IMG/VR virus record: IMGVR_UViG_2870479586_000005
Origin: a virus
Taxonomy: Duplodnaviria; Heunggongvirae; Uroviricota; Caudoviricetes
Direction: 5' to 3' (one strand)
DNA length: 42,950 nucleotides
The notes under the pieces were generated by a model, which searched no databases, was not told the origin of the DNA, and saw nothing but the letters and a program-made list of their open reading frames with translations. The position numbers were made by a program, and so were the translations under genes. Positions 20,646-29,514 of this stretch are shown here, one piece after another. Position 1 is the stretch's first letter, and each line of letters starts with the position of its first letter.

Positions 20646-20917
20646 GACCTGTCTCCTGTTATTTTTGAAATATTCCCTCGTGCCCGCCAGACAGCAATAC
20701 AGATGGTGAGGTTGAGAAAGAACTCTGCGGGATCAACCTGCGTATATTTCCCGTAAAAAATTCGTAGGGCTATCCACGCAGCAGACAGAATCGCGAGGTA
20801 AGCAGTTAGTGAGATGAAAAAACGATAGCGGCCTGTTTTTTGAAAAAACATCAACCGTAGTGCCAACATCAGACAAATAATTGCATTGGCATTGATGAGG
20901 ACAGAGTGCAGGGTCAT
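20642..20917 (-). CDS. holin-like / antiholin-like membrane protein
   Basis: 91-aa ORF with about three hydrophobic helices; coupled between holin and endolysin. Confidence 0.5.
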   Translation of the reverse strand: MTLHSVLINANAIICLMLALRLMFFQKTGRYRFFISLTAYLAILSAAWIALRIFYGKYTQVDPAEFFLNLTICIAVWRARGNISKITGDRS

Positions 20918-21255
20918 TATTTCATCCCCTTATCTGATTTCCATAAACGAGCTTGTGACATGATCCGCAACAGTGATGTAACGCTGATTACTGATGCAAC
21001 CAGTGCACCAATGGCGGGAGAGACTTTTACTGTTACGGGAGGGTTCAGGTGACTCAGCACCGCGTTCAGAATACCGGTAATGATGGCTGATGCTGTTTCA
21101 GCGCAATACACACCACCAACAAATGAAATGAGTGCGAAAATAACCTGCTTCCAGAATCGATGCTGCCCGGATGACAACACATAGAGAGCTGCGCCTGCCA
21201 GCGCACAGATCATCACTGCAGGTGTTGCCTCAGGAAATAACGCAGCAAACGTCAC
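20917..21255 (-). CDS. putative holin
   Basis: 112-aa ORF (GTG start in track, internal Met nearby) with multiple TM helices; first gene after the Q-like gene. Confidence 0.5.
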   Translation of the reverse strand: MTFAALFPEATPAVMICALAGAALYVLSSGQHRFWKQVIFALISFVGGVYCAETASAIITGILNAVLSHLNPPVTVKVSPAIGALVASVISVTSLLRIMSQARLWKSDKGMK

Positions 21256-21496
21256 CCCGCCGAGCCAGCAGCAACGCCAGCGGTTAGAGGTTCAGACATG
21301 ATTTTTCCTGATTCAGAAACGACAAAACCCGCCGTGGCGAGGTTCTTAGAGATTTGGCAACATACCAAATTAGCGTTAAATATGGCCTATTTTGTTCGGT
21401 TTTGCAAGCATTATACGCAAACGTCGTCTAAATGGTTCTGATAATGATGCAAAGTTGCAAGAAGTGCCACTTCATCAAGTGCTCTCACCGCCTCTT

Positions 21497-22081
21497 TCAT
21501 TCCTGCCCAGTGCGGGAGTATGTTTCGCACCAGGTGGAACGAGAAACAGACAACATTCCAGCTAGCGCAGATCCGGCCATCTCCTTAAAATCCTCGCGTT
21601 TATTTGCTGCTGCGACCGCCTGCACGGACAACCACACCAACGAAAGCAGGCGCTTGACTACTTTTCTCTGAGTTGACGCAGAGATGTTTCCTTTATAGCG
21701 ACTCCAGACAGCCTCACAAATAGCTGTTTGGTGTTTGAACGCCAGGTTACCACCGTAGCAATAGCGCAACCACGCCTGCTGGCTAACGTCGAGCGCGTTC
21801 ACAGCGCGGCGCCACGATGAATCAGCGAATTCAAAATCATTCATCGGCGGCGCGGGGCGACGTCTGCTGAAACTTTCCAGGGCATAAACTGGCGTAACCA
21901 GAGCATCAACGGTCCGGTCCTCCAGTTGCACACGATGAATATGTTTGCGTGGGTATGCGTTTTTATCTGCTGGCGGGTGCTCACACAATGCTTCCAGTTG
22001 CCCCTTAGAACCACCAGACAAATCCCGCAATGCAGCGCGCAGTTTTATGCGGGTATATTCCAATAAATACTCGTTACTCAT
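21497..22081 (-). CDS. putative late-gene regulator (antiterminator Q-like by position)
   Basis: 194-aa ORF immediately upstream of the lysis genes and downstream of nin-like genes; no sequence motif recognised. Confidence 0.4.
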   Translation of the reverse strand: MSNEYLLEYTRIKLRAALRDLSGGSKGQLEALCEHPPADKNAYPRKHIHRVQLEDRTVDALVTPVYALESFSRRRPAPPMNDFEFADSSWRRAVNALDVSQQAWLRYCYGGNLAFKHQTAICEAVWSRYKGNISASTQRKVVKRLLSLVWLSVQAVAAANKREDFKEMAGSALAGMLSVSRSTWCETYSRTGQE

Positions 22082-22374
22082 CAGATAAACTCCTCATCGC
22101 GCCAGATAGCCAGTGTTCTGAAAACTCCCTCAGCGTGCATCAACAGCAATGAGTCGTGCTCGTAATCCGTTTTTGTACGTCCGTCGATAGCATCGTGACA
22201 CGCACTACAGGCGATAGCGCCCTGCATATCGTGAGGTTTGATGGCTGTGCCGCACGTTCCGGCGAGACGATAATGAGCCAGTACGCTGGTTTCAGGATTG
22301 TGATTGCACACACCGGGGATACGCACAGTACAAGCGCGACCACGTGCAGCTTTTCTCAGGTCGATTTTTTTCAT
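22081..22374 (-). CDS. YbcO-like protein (DUF1364)
   Basis: 97-aa ORF; KAARGR.C.VRIPGVCN.NPETSVLAH.RL.G.CGT..KP.D...AIACSACHD.ID.RT motif recalls DLP12 YbcO. Confidence 0.7.
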   Translation of the reverse strand: MKKIDLRKAARGRACTVRIPGVCNHNPETSVLAHYRLAGTCGTAIKPHDMQGAIACSACHDAIDGRTKTDYEHDSLLLMHAEGVFRTLAIWRDEEFI

Positions 22375-22967
22375 GATGTGTAATCCAGCAGCTGCGCGGC
22401 GGCATTTTCAGCGGCCTCCTGAGAGGCAAACGTGCGGAACAAAATATAATTCCACAGCACATCTAAAACGGCTGAATACAGTTGACCGAACTCAAGATCG
22501 TCCATCGCAGCAAACGAGATTGAACGAGGTACGCGCATCAAACTGCCGTCTGGCATCTGATGAACGTCATAAAACCCAGCTTCCATAATCGCCCATGCGC
22601 GAAACGCCTCGAACGACTTCACCGCACTGATATTCCCCGCGCGCTTTTCCGACTCATCGAGAAGATACTGATCAGCCAGCTCTGCCATGACATCACCGTG
22701 TCCACCGTAATACGCCAGTAACTTAACGTAGCCATGGACCAGTTCGCGCTCCGCAGGAGAAATAGCCCCTCCGGACGGATGCCAGTAATCAAAGCCCAGG
22801 TTTAGAAGTGAGAAAAATTTACGATGAAACGCGGGATTACGCGCCTGTTTGAAATCTGCATACACAACAGCACCTGGTTTGACTCGTTCAGTCAACCAGC
22901 GTTGCGTGTCTGGTGTCGCGGGTATTAGCGAACCGCCGGATACCCTGATAAATGAATGCTGCGCCAT
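22371..22967 (-). CDS. DUF1367-family phage protein
   Basis: 198-aa ORF, coupled (4-nt overlap) to the YbcO-like gene; family assignment from recall. Confidence 0.5.
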   Translation of the reverse strand: MAQHSFIRVSGGSLIPATPDTQRWLTERVKPGAVVYADFKQARNPAFHRKFFSLLNLGFDYWHPSGGAISPAERELVHGYVKLLAYYGGHGDVMAELADQYLLDESEKRAGNISAVKSFEAFRAWAIMEAGFYDVHQMPDGSLMRVPRSISFAAMDDLEFGQLYSAVLDVLWNYILFRTFASQEAAENAAAQLLDYTS

Positions 22968-23044
22968 GTTTAACTCCAGGTGGCGCGGCAGTGTTCAGAA
23001 AATGGTGCCGGGTGTTCAATCCAGCACCGATATTATACCGTGTT

Positions 23045-23224
23045 TTACGCGTCAGGGGGTGTAATAGTATATCCAGCTATTTCTGCCAACTCGAGAAACG
23101 CCATCAGGCTGGCAATCCGTTCATCATCAGTCAGAACACGCACACCAACGATGTGTCCGTCCTTACGCTTGATAACAGCCCGGCATGTTTCCGGTAGTTC
23201 GCCTATAGATTCTTGAATATTCAT
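23045..23224 (-). CDS. small hypothetical protein (59 aa)
   Basis: ATG at 23224 preceded by an AGGGGG Shine-Dalgarno; below the ORF-track length cut-off. Confidence 0.25.
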   Translation of the reverse strand: MNIQESIGELPETCRAVIKRKDGHIVGVRVLTDDERIASLMAFLELAEIAGYTITPPDA

Positions 23225-23375
23225 GTCTTCCCCCTAACGCCATTGCCTGTGCATTTATACAGTATTTTATGGCATTTGTCATAACGCCAGATACAATGAG
23301 GGAATAATGAACAATTATATTCACGTCGTGAATTTTATTAAACGGTTTTATAGGGGATTAAACCGTTTATGGTCA

Positions 23376-24017
23376 TTATTTATCACTCCTGTAAATTGAA
23401 ATTAACCATTTTCTAATCGTCGACGCTGCAGGTGGGTCAGAGTATTTCGCCACAAAAATACCGGATATGTATTGCACACCACGCGATAATGGCGCTGTCG
23501 GGTTTTCAGTAAAAAAACGATCAGCCAGTTCAATGGCTTCGCTTTTTAATCTGTGCTGTGGCCGTCCTCCGCCCTTAGTGCCAAGGTAACGCGCCAGTTG
23601 TTTGAAACGGTAGGCGATGATTAACGGTCGCATCATCATATTGAAAAAATCTCGGGCATCGTTGTCAGCGCCTTGCGCTATCAACAGTGCAAAAAACAGA
23701 TACGGGATTGTGTACACTTCAGGAGATATACGAACCCGTTCACAAGTTGGTGGAGCCAACTCAATAAGTAAGTCAGCCAGCGGATCCCCCTTTTCTCCAT
23801 GTTTGTAATAGCGATACAGAGGCCCGATATCGAGTTCACTCACGTCAATTTCAGGATGCCCGGCAACGGTTGTACGTATCTCTTCTGCCAGAGCGTCAAA
23901 TATTACCCCGGTCCGCTCAAGATAGAGCCTCCGGGTCGAACCGCGATCATCCAACGCCCGTAACATATCTAACCGGCTTACGAAAGTTTCAGGCCAGTCC
24001 TCATAGAAAGTTTTCAT
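23376..24017 (-). CDS. hypothetical protein (213 aa), accessory island
   Basis: Track ORF 23376-24053; internal ATG at 24017 has a GAGGT Shine-Dalgarno 5 nt upstream, so the upstream extension is probably not translated. Confidence 0.5.
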   Translation of the reverse strand: MKTFYEDWPETFVSRLDMLRALDDRGSTRRLYLERTGVIFDALAEEIRTTVAGHPEIDVSELDIGPLYRYYKHGEKGDPLADLLIELAPPTCERVRISPEVYTIPYLFFALLIAQGADNDARDFFNMMMRPLIIAYRFKQLARYLGTKGGGRPQHRLKSEAIELADRFFTENPTAPLSRGVQYISGIFVAKYSDPPAASTIRKWLISIYRSDK

Positions 24018-24088
24018 AATTACCTCGAATAATAAAAACTGCATTATTTGCACAATTTATTATTCGTTTTCACATCGCAGGGTTCTAT

Positions 24089-24115
24089 AAAAAAGAAAAC
24101 CCGCCGAAGCGGGTT
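24089..24115 (-). terminator. rho-independent terminator
   Basis: Hairpin AACCCGC-CGAA-GCGGGTT followed on the minus strand by TTTCTTTTT, 20 bp after the stop of the 92-aa gene. Confidence 0.55.
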
Positions 24116-24135
24116 AGTTAATAAGTTACACCAGG

Positions 24136-24414
24136 TTATGAGGCCATACCGTAAGCTTTTTTATGCATCCCATGGTCATAGCCCATATTATATGCTTCAA
24201 AAGCATCTTTATGACGGACATGCCCAGCCTGGCTTTCGGGTAAATCACCTAAAACAGAGTCATCAACCGCACGCGGAACGCCGATTAATGCATGCCACAT
24301 ACCTTTATCATAGGCACATCCACAACACTTGTGCCGCCCAACGTTACCCTGATTTGCAGAAAGAACATCAAACATACTGTCGTGACGATGTGACTTTTTA
24401 CAGATGTGTTTCAT
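24136..24414 (-). CDS. hypothetical Cys/His-rich small protein
   Basis: 92-aa ORF (CKKSHRHD...HKCCGCAYDKGMWH...) with its own downstream terminator; weak Shine-Dalgarno. Confidence 0.35.
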   Translation of the reverse strand: MKHICKKSHRHDSMFDVLSANQGNVGRHKCCGCAYDKGMWHALIGVPRAVDDSVLGDLPESQAGHVRHKDAFEAYNMGYDHGMHKKAYGMAS

Positions 24415-24882
24415 TCATTGACCTATATCATTTTCGGTAATGAATGCTTTACACGGGATCCCGGTTGAGGTAATCTCCCAAACCGAGATCTCAACGAAAG
24501 CATTAACCGATGTTTTTGTATGGCCCTGACAGTTGGCGCTGTCAGGGCTTTCCCTTTGATGCGACTCTAAAAACTTCGCAACCTCCAGATCCTATCCAGG
24601 ACCAAGAAAAACTTCAATGAAAAGATCAAGTTAGATCTGTATTTTTTTACAGATGTAATAAATCACACATGTAATAGCCTTCCCTTTCCGTTCTCATCTG
24701 GCCTCTTGTGGCATCCATTTTTTTAAGAAACATATGGACGCCTAAAAAACCACTAATGTCATGATTATCATGTATGTTTTTACTGGAAACATTGAGCCAT
24801 CCACAATGCAGCGTAAAAAGCAAGCAATTCACAAGATTTTAAAGTGATTTATCTGGAAGACTTTACTACTAACAGTTAATAT

Positions 24883-24927
24883 CGTACCAGAAGTGCAGAA
24901 TTTGCACTTTCACAGGAAAGTGGTACG
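24883..24927. promoter_or_regulatory. nested palindrome / candidate operator upstream of the peptidase gene
   Basis: CGTACCA (24883-24889) pairs with TGGTACG (24921-24927); AGTGCA (24892-24897) pairs with TGCACT (24903-24908); lies 55-100 bp upstream of the ATG at 24982. Confidence 0.4.
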
Positions 24928-24981
24928 GAACATGTTGTCTATATTTCGACCAACAATCGTAATGCAGTAACTGGAGGAGCT

Positions 24982-25470
24982 ATGGCTACCAACCCAAGAG
25001 AGCACGCCCGGCGAGTGCTGGACACGTTCTGGTGCGGGCGTGGTTTCCCTGTTGATCCAGCGAAAATTGCTCACGACATGGGATTAGATGTTTTTATTAC
25101 CGATCTTCCTGGGAAAGTTTCTGGCGCACTGATTAAACAAAAAGATCAAGATCCAGCGATCTTTCTAAACAGTGATGACAACAAAGTTCGTCAACGTTTT
25201 TCATGTGGGCATGAGTTGGGGCATTACATCGCCCGGCAAGCATCGCATAGTGATGAATATGAGTACGTTGATTTACGTGGCGAAACCGCAAGCGCCGGAA
25301 CGCATCCTGATGAAATTTTTGCGAACAAGTTCGCAGCAGAACTTCTGATGCCGGTTGATGAGGTCAGAAAACTGCACGCTGACGGCCAACCAAGTTATAT
25401 AATGGCGCATTATTTTGGCGTATCTGACGATGCGATGACTTATCGTTTAAAGAACTTGAGGTTGGGGTAA
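24982..25470 (+). CDS. ImmA/IrrE-family Zn metallopeptidase (HExxH)
   Basis: 162-aa ORF; HELGHY motif within a DUF955/ImmA-like context; GGAGGA Shine-Dalgarno upstream. Confidence 0.75.
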   Translation: MATNPREHARRVLDTFWCGRGFPVDPAKIAHDMGLDVFITDLPGKVSGALIKQKDQDPAIFLNSDDNKVRQRFSCGHELGHYIARQASHSDEYEYVDLRGETASAGTHPDEIFANKFAAELLMPVDEVRKLHADGQPSYIMAHYFGVSDDAMTYRLKNLRLG

Positions 25471-25479
25471 CGCTTTAGA

Positions 25480-26085
25480 ATGCCATCGGATGACGATTTT
25501 AACAGCCGTTTCAAACAGGAAGTTGCACGCCGACTGAAGGATTCCCTCAACCTACACCGTCAGTTAGCAGAAGAGGTTGAGCCGGAGGACGATGAAACTC
25601 CGGTTCAGTCCCCTGATGAAACTTCACCTCTGCAAAAGATTTCGCACGACCCCAAAAAACCATCTGTCCGTATTCACGGAATAGCCAGAAAAAGAGCTGC
25701 CGAAGCTCGCAAAATGGCTGTAGCTGCGTCTAGCAAAAGAACTCCAACTGCTACACCATCTCAACAAGTCACCCGTACTGAGAGTAAAATCTTGACCGAG
25801 TTCACATCTGTGAAACAGGTGAGTTCACTTGATACCGAGCATGAGCGCAAACAACTCAACAACAAAGATTTTGAAGCTGAAATCGCTCTAAAAAAACGCT
25901 ACGGAAAATGGTTCCTGATAATCCTTGCTTGCCAACTTCTGATAATGAATGGGGTATTTATTGCCGACGGCGCAGGTAAGCTGGAATTTGAGGATTTAAC
26001 ACTACAGTTGTACATGGGCGGTACTTTGACAGAGGTATTCGGCCTCGTGCTGGTCGTGACAAAATACCTTTTTAAACGCAAGTAA
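25480..26085 (+). CDS. membrane protein with charged N-terminal region and two C-terminal TM helices
   Basis: 201-aa ORF starting 10 bp after the peptidase stop; C-terminus WFLIILACQLLIMNGVFIA and GGTLTEVFGLVLVVTKYLF are hydrophobic helices. Confidence 0.65.
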   Translation: MPSDDDFNSRFKQEVARRLKDSLNLHRQLAEEVEPEDDETPVQSPDETSPLQKISHDPKKPSVRIHGIARKRAAEARKMAVAASSKRTPTATPSQQVTRTESKILTEFTSVKQVSSLDTEHERKQLNNKDFEAEIALKKRYGKWFLIILACQLLIMNGVFIADGAGKLEFEDLTLQLYMGGTLTEVFGLVLVVTKYLFKRK

Positions 26086-26509
26086 CTCTCTCGGTCCAAC
26101 AGTCTTTCGAAAGCCCTGATCAAAGGGCCTTGATAAATTAGCAGTGCGTTGAAAACAGATAGTTATTCCCATCAGTTCCAACGTAATACACATCAAAAAA
26201 ATCACCATTCTTTTGCTCTACGTCAACACCTACCCTTAAAAAAATAATTCTCCAAGAATGAGAAAGTTATTGTGTGTATTAGATAAGATATGAGCTGACA
26301 CATCTATGGCGTGGAGCCAAACCTAATATGACAGTCCGCTCTGTGCCAAGAGCGAACATTACAAACACACTAAAATTTATGTTTGTACTTCGCTGTAGCC
26401 ACCTAAAAGTATTATTGCGGGTGGTTTCGTGACAATGTTAGATATTCTTCATTTTGAATTGATTACTGAATTAAGATAAAACCACCCGAATTAAAACTAT
26501 CAAAAGTAT

Positions 26510-27391
26510 CTATGGTTGTTCATCACTCTCTTCTGAAAGTATTTGTACTACTTGTCCACACTCTCCACATACTACGTGTAATTGACTATCTTCTTCGGAC
26601 TTGAAAATCTCACTAACTAAGCTATGACAGTTAGGGCATTTTATCTCGTTATCAAAACCTATGAATTTAAGGAATAAGTTTTGAATTAATGAAACTGCAG
26701 TGCAAGTGAGTATAAGGCAAATTTTAGCGTCAGGAATGTTTTTGTTTGAAGAGTGCACCGTCTCTGCGGAAAAATCCCATGCAGACTCAATCGTTGAGCG
26801 GCAATATTTTCTGAGACTTGAGTTTCGTTTTCCTGCGGCATACAACCCAATAATAATTCGGCAAATATTTTTAAAGTCAGCTGCTTTAATATTTTCTTTT
26901 TTTAATATATCCTCATGAGTTTTATAAAGGTGAGCAGCAAGCTCAACCATGCTCTCTCTACAAGTTAGTCCAATACTTTGAATATCTTCAGGGGCCTTAA
27001 TATTATTCAGAGCAACAGCAGAAGCATTTAACCTCCGGCTAATAGAACGAAGCATATCTATATCTAAAGGTAACTCATCAATAACATGTTTGAAATCATT
27101 GCTATGTCTTGCTTGTAGTCTTTGAGTTATACCCAAATGAAAAGAATATGCTTCATCAGCAGAAAAGAAAAACTCATTTTGAGTGTATAAGTTTAAAGGA
27201 ACGTTTTCACCTTCAGCAACCCACCAGTTACCATCATTTTTTGTTCTGACGTTCCAAATGTTAACCTCAAAACCTAAATCATTAAATGTTTGCTCAACTT
27301 GCATGTTTTTTATGTTTTCTATATTTTGAGTTTTTAAATATTCAGTAATTCTTTTCTCAGCATCGATTCTGTATTCTGGTGTCATGTGCAA
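26510..27391 (-). CDS. hypothetical protein with C-terminal zinc ribbon
   Basis: 293-aa ORF in AT-rich DNA; C-terminal CPNC...CGEC four-Cys motif. Confidence 0.55.
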   Translation of the reverse strand: MHMTPEYRIDAEKRITEYLKTQNIENIKNMQVEQTFNDLGFEVNIWNVRTKNDGNWWVAEGENVPLNLYTQNEFFFSADEAYSFHLGITQRLQARHSNDFKHVIDELPLDIDMLRSISRRLNASAVALNNIKAPEDIQSIGLTCRESMVELAAHLYKTHEDILKKENIKAADFKNICRIIIGLYAAGKRNSSLRKYCRSTIESAWDFSAETVHSSNKNIPDAKICLILTCTAVSLIQNLFLKFIGFDNEIKCPNCHSLVSEIFKSEEDSQLHVVCGECGQVVQILSEESDEQP

Positions 27392-27449
27392 TCCCTTTTA
27401 ATAAGATACTAAAAGTAAAAGCGCATTATAGCATAACACATACAATGCG

Positions 27450-27695
27450 TTAATGCGTATGCTTGTGCCCTGTAATGATTTCAAAATGAACGTTTGCATA
27501 CAACTGTTTTTTGATCTGGTTGTATTGCAACAGAATGATTTCCACTGCTCGTTCATAGCTGATCTTCAGTTTAGTTAGCATGTCCGTTCTGTGCCTTTTA
27601 AGTTCATTCTTGCCATACTTAGCCGACTTGAATGCTATTTCTTCTATCACTTTTTTAGTTGGCATATTGGGGCTAGAGTTCCGTTCCTCGCTCAC
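27450..27695 (-). CDS. small hypothetical protein
   Basis: 81-aa ORF (GTG start in track) just upstream of the 293-aa gene; start uncertain. Confidence 0.3.
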   Translation of the reverse strand: MSEERNSSPNMPTKKVIEEIAFKSAKYGKNELKRHRTDMLTKLKISYERAVEIILLQYNQIKKQLYANVHFEIITGHKHTH

Positions 27696-27862
27696 GGCAG
27701 ACCTTAAGCTCAGTTAGTTCGTCTGCTCCGTGCCAGAGCGAACGTTGTAAACACAACATTGCTTTAGTCGACAGGGGCCAATAGGCTACTGCGTACCCTG
27801 TGCTAGAGTAAGTATCAAATAGGTATTATCCATGTATATGACTGCTCGATGATGCATCATAA

Positions 27863-28942
27863 TCACAAACGTTCATGATCAAGACTGTTTTCATCATTAT
27901 TTAAGTCATTAAGCATTTGAAGTGCGTCACGAGTACGTTCATAATTACTTTCAGGGTATAATCTAAACTTCATATTTTCCAAATTAATTAATTTTCTTTT
28001 TAATTTGAAGGAATCGTTAGAAAGTGACATTTCGTAAAAATCAATATCCCCCTGTCTGGATTGTAATGCACTCATAACGGAAAACTTAGCAGATTCTTTG
28101 AACCTCAAACCGAATGTAACATCGCTTAACCGAAATGGTGAGTTCTGTAAACCTTGATTATTAATAACTCGATATTCATTTTCATATTTCCAAGAAGGAG
28201 CTTTGCTGAGAAGAATGACCCTATCAATCTCTTTTTTGGCAGTATTCTTTATATTATCATTGCTGCCAAATAACATATCATGAACTTGTTGAGTTCTAAT
28301 AAATCGATTCCCTTTGTAATCAACTGGATGGATATCTAAAGAGTCATTTTCAGAAGTATCATATCCAATACAAAATCCCTTATGTTGATCAGCATAATGC
28401 GACCACATTAAGGGGCAGTTAAATTTTCTTGCTAATGAAAGAACACCAACCTCATAATTTTTTAGCAAGTATCTTTTAATATAAAAACTGGCGCTAGCAT
28501 AAAAATCATCACCATAATTATCAACATCCCACGAAATATTATCAATTAATTTTCGAGCTTCGCTTTCACCTAGCATTTCAATTTTCTCTAATGTCCTTAG
28601 ACCTTTATATTTAATTTTTTTTGCTGCTTTCGCTAGTTCCTTTTGATGATTTTCTTTTACTAATTTATGAAGGATAGAGTTCAATTCATTGACATTATTG
28701 ATGTCGTTTAACACGGAAGGATTACAATCCAAAGGGTCATTGAATGTTGTTGGATCAGCAAAATACAGTCTATCGCTTACAAGCAAGTCAAGACTATCAA
28801 CACTAAAGCTTTTATATTTATATAATCGAGAGGGAATATTCTGTATCATCACTTTTATCTCATAAATTTTTTTGATATTATCTGCCAATTCTAGCCCCAT
28901 GGGCAATAGCAAAATCGAAAAATACTCTCTACGTAAGGGCAA
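27863..28942 (-). CDS. DUF2971-like protein (candidate defence-associated)
   Basis: 359-aa ORF in AT-rich DNA; RLYKYKSF...LYFADPTTFNDPLDC...PLMWSHYADQHKGFCIGYD...KYENEYRV motifs recalled as DUF2971 hallmarks; start may be at an internal Met. Confidence 0.5.
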   Translation of the reverse strand: MPLRREYFSILLLPMGLELADNIKKIYEIKVMIQNIPSRLYKYKSFSVDSLDLLVSDRLYFADPTTFNDPLDCNPSVLNDINNVNELNSILHKLVKENHQKELAKAAKKIKYKGLRTLEKIEMLGESEARKLIDNISWDVDNYGDDFYASASFYIKRYLLKNYEVGVLSLARKFNCPLMWSHYADQHKGFCIGYDTSENDSLDIHPVDYKGNRFIRTQQVHDMLFGSNDNIKNTAKKEIDRVILLSKAPSWKYENEYRVINNQGLQNSPFRLSDVTFGLRFKESAKFSVMSALQSRQGDIDFYEMSLSNDSFKLKRKLINLENMKFRLYPESNYERTRDALQMLNDLNNDENSLDHERL

Positions 28943-29514
28943 GCCCTTTCCCCATGGATATTCATCAAATTAAGCGGGTGTACTTAGGTCATATTGACCT
29001 GTTCCTAATTGACGATACACCTCGATGTTCATTAAGCCACTTAGAGTGCTGAGACAGATATGAACTGCAGCTTTTCGCTCACTGCTGCCCTTCAGTAAGC
29101 GAAAAAATGCCTACTCGGTGCCATATACAGTCATGGTTATTAACTACAGGGAATAATTCCACACTGAAATTAAATGTCTGCCTTTTACAGTAGAAATAGT
29201 TTCTCCAGGACACTATCCATTGCCGGGCACAATCACTCGGGGTATAACGATATAAAATATGTTCATGATAGTGCAGGTTCGTATATTAAGTTCAGCAGCG
29301 AAAACATGCCTTACAGGTTTCCGGTTTTGGGAGCGTCGTTACAGGATCCTGCGCATACCGTTCCCATCTGTTGAATTAAAGGTTTCACAGCCTTTGCCGA
29401 TATCGCCTTTTACCTTGCCTGTGATGCGTTCAGTGCTCAGCGTTGTTTACTGTAGCTCTCGGAACTGATTACAGACCGCGTCTTAAAAACCAATCCTTAC
29501 TCTAAAGGGAATTC

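Noticed and set aside
24018-24053. N-terminal extension (MQIMQFLLFEVI) of the 23376 ORF
   Set aside because: No Shine-Dalgarno upstream of the 24053 start, whereas the internal ATG at 24017 has GAGGT at ideal spacing
26331-27752. CRISPR array or insertion sequence interpretation of the repeats in the island
   Set aside because: Only two copies spaced about 1.4 kb apart and flanking protein-coding genes; no regularly spaced repeat-spacer pattern, no transposase-like ORF, no terminal inverted repeats
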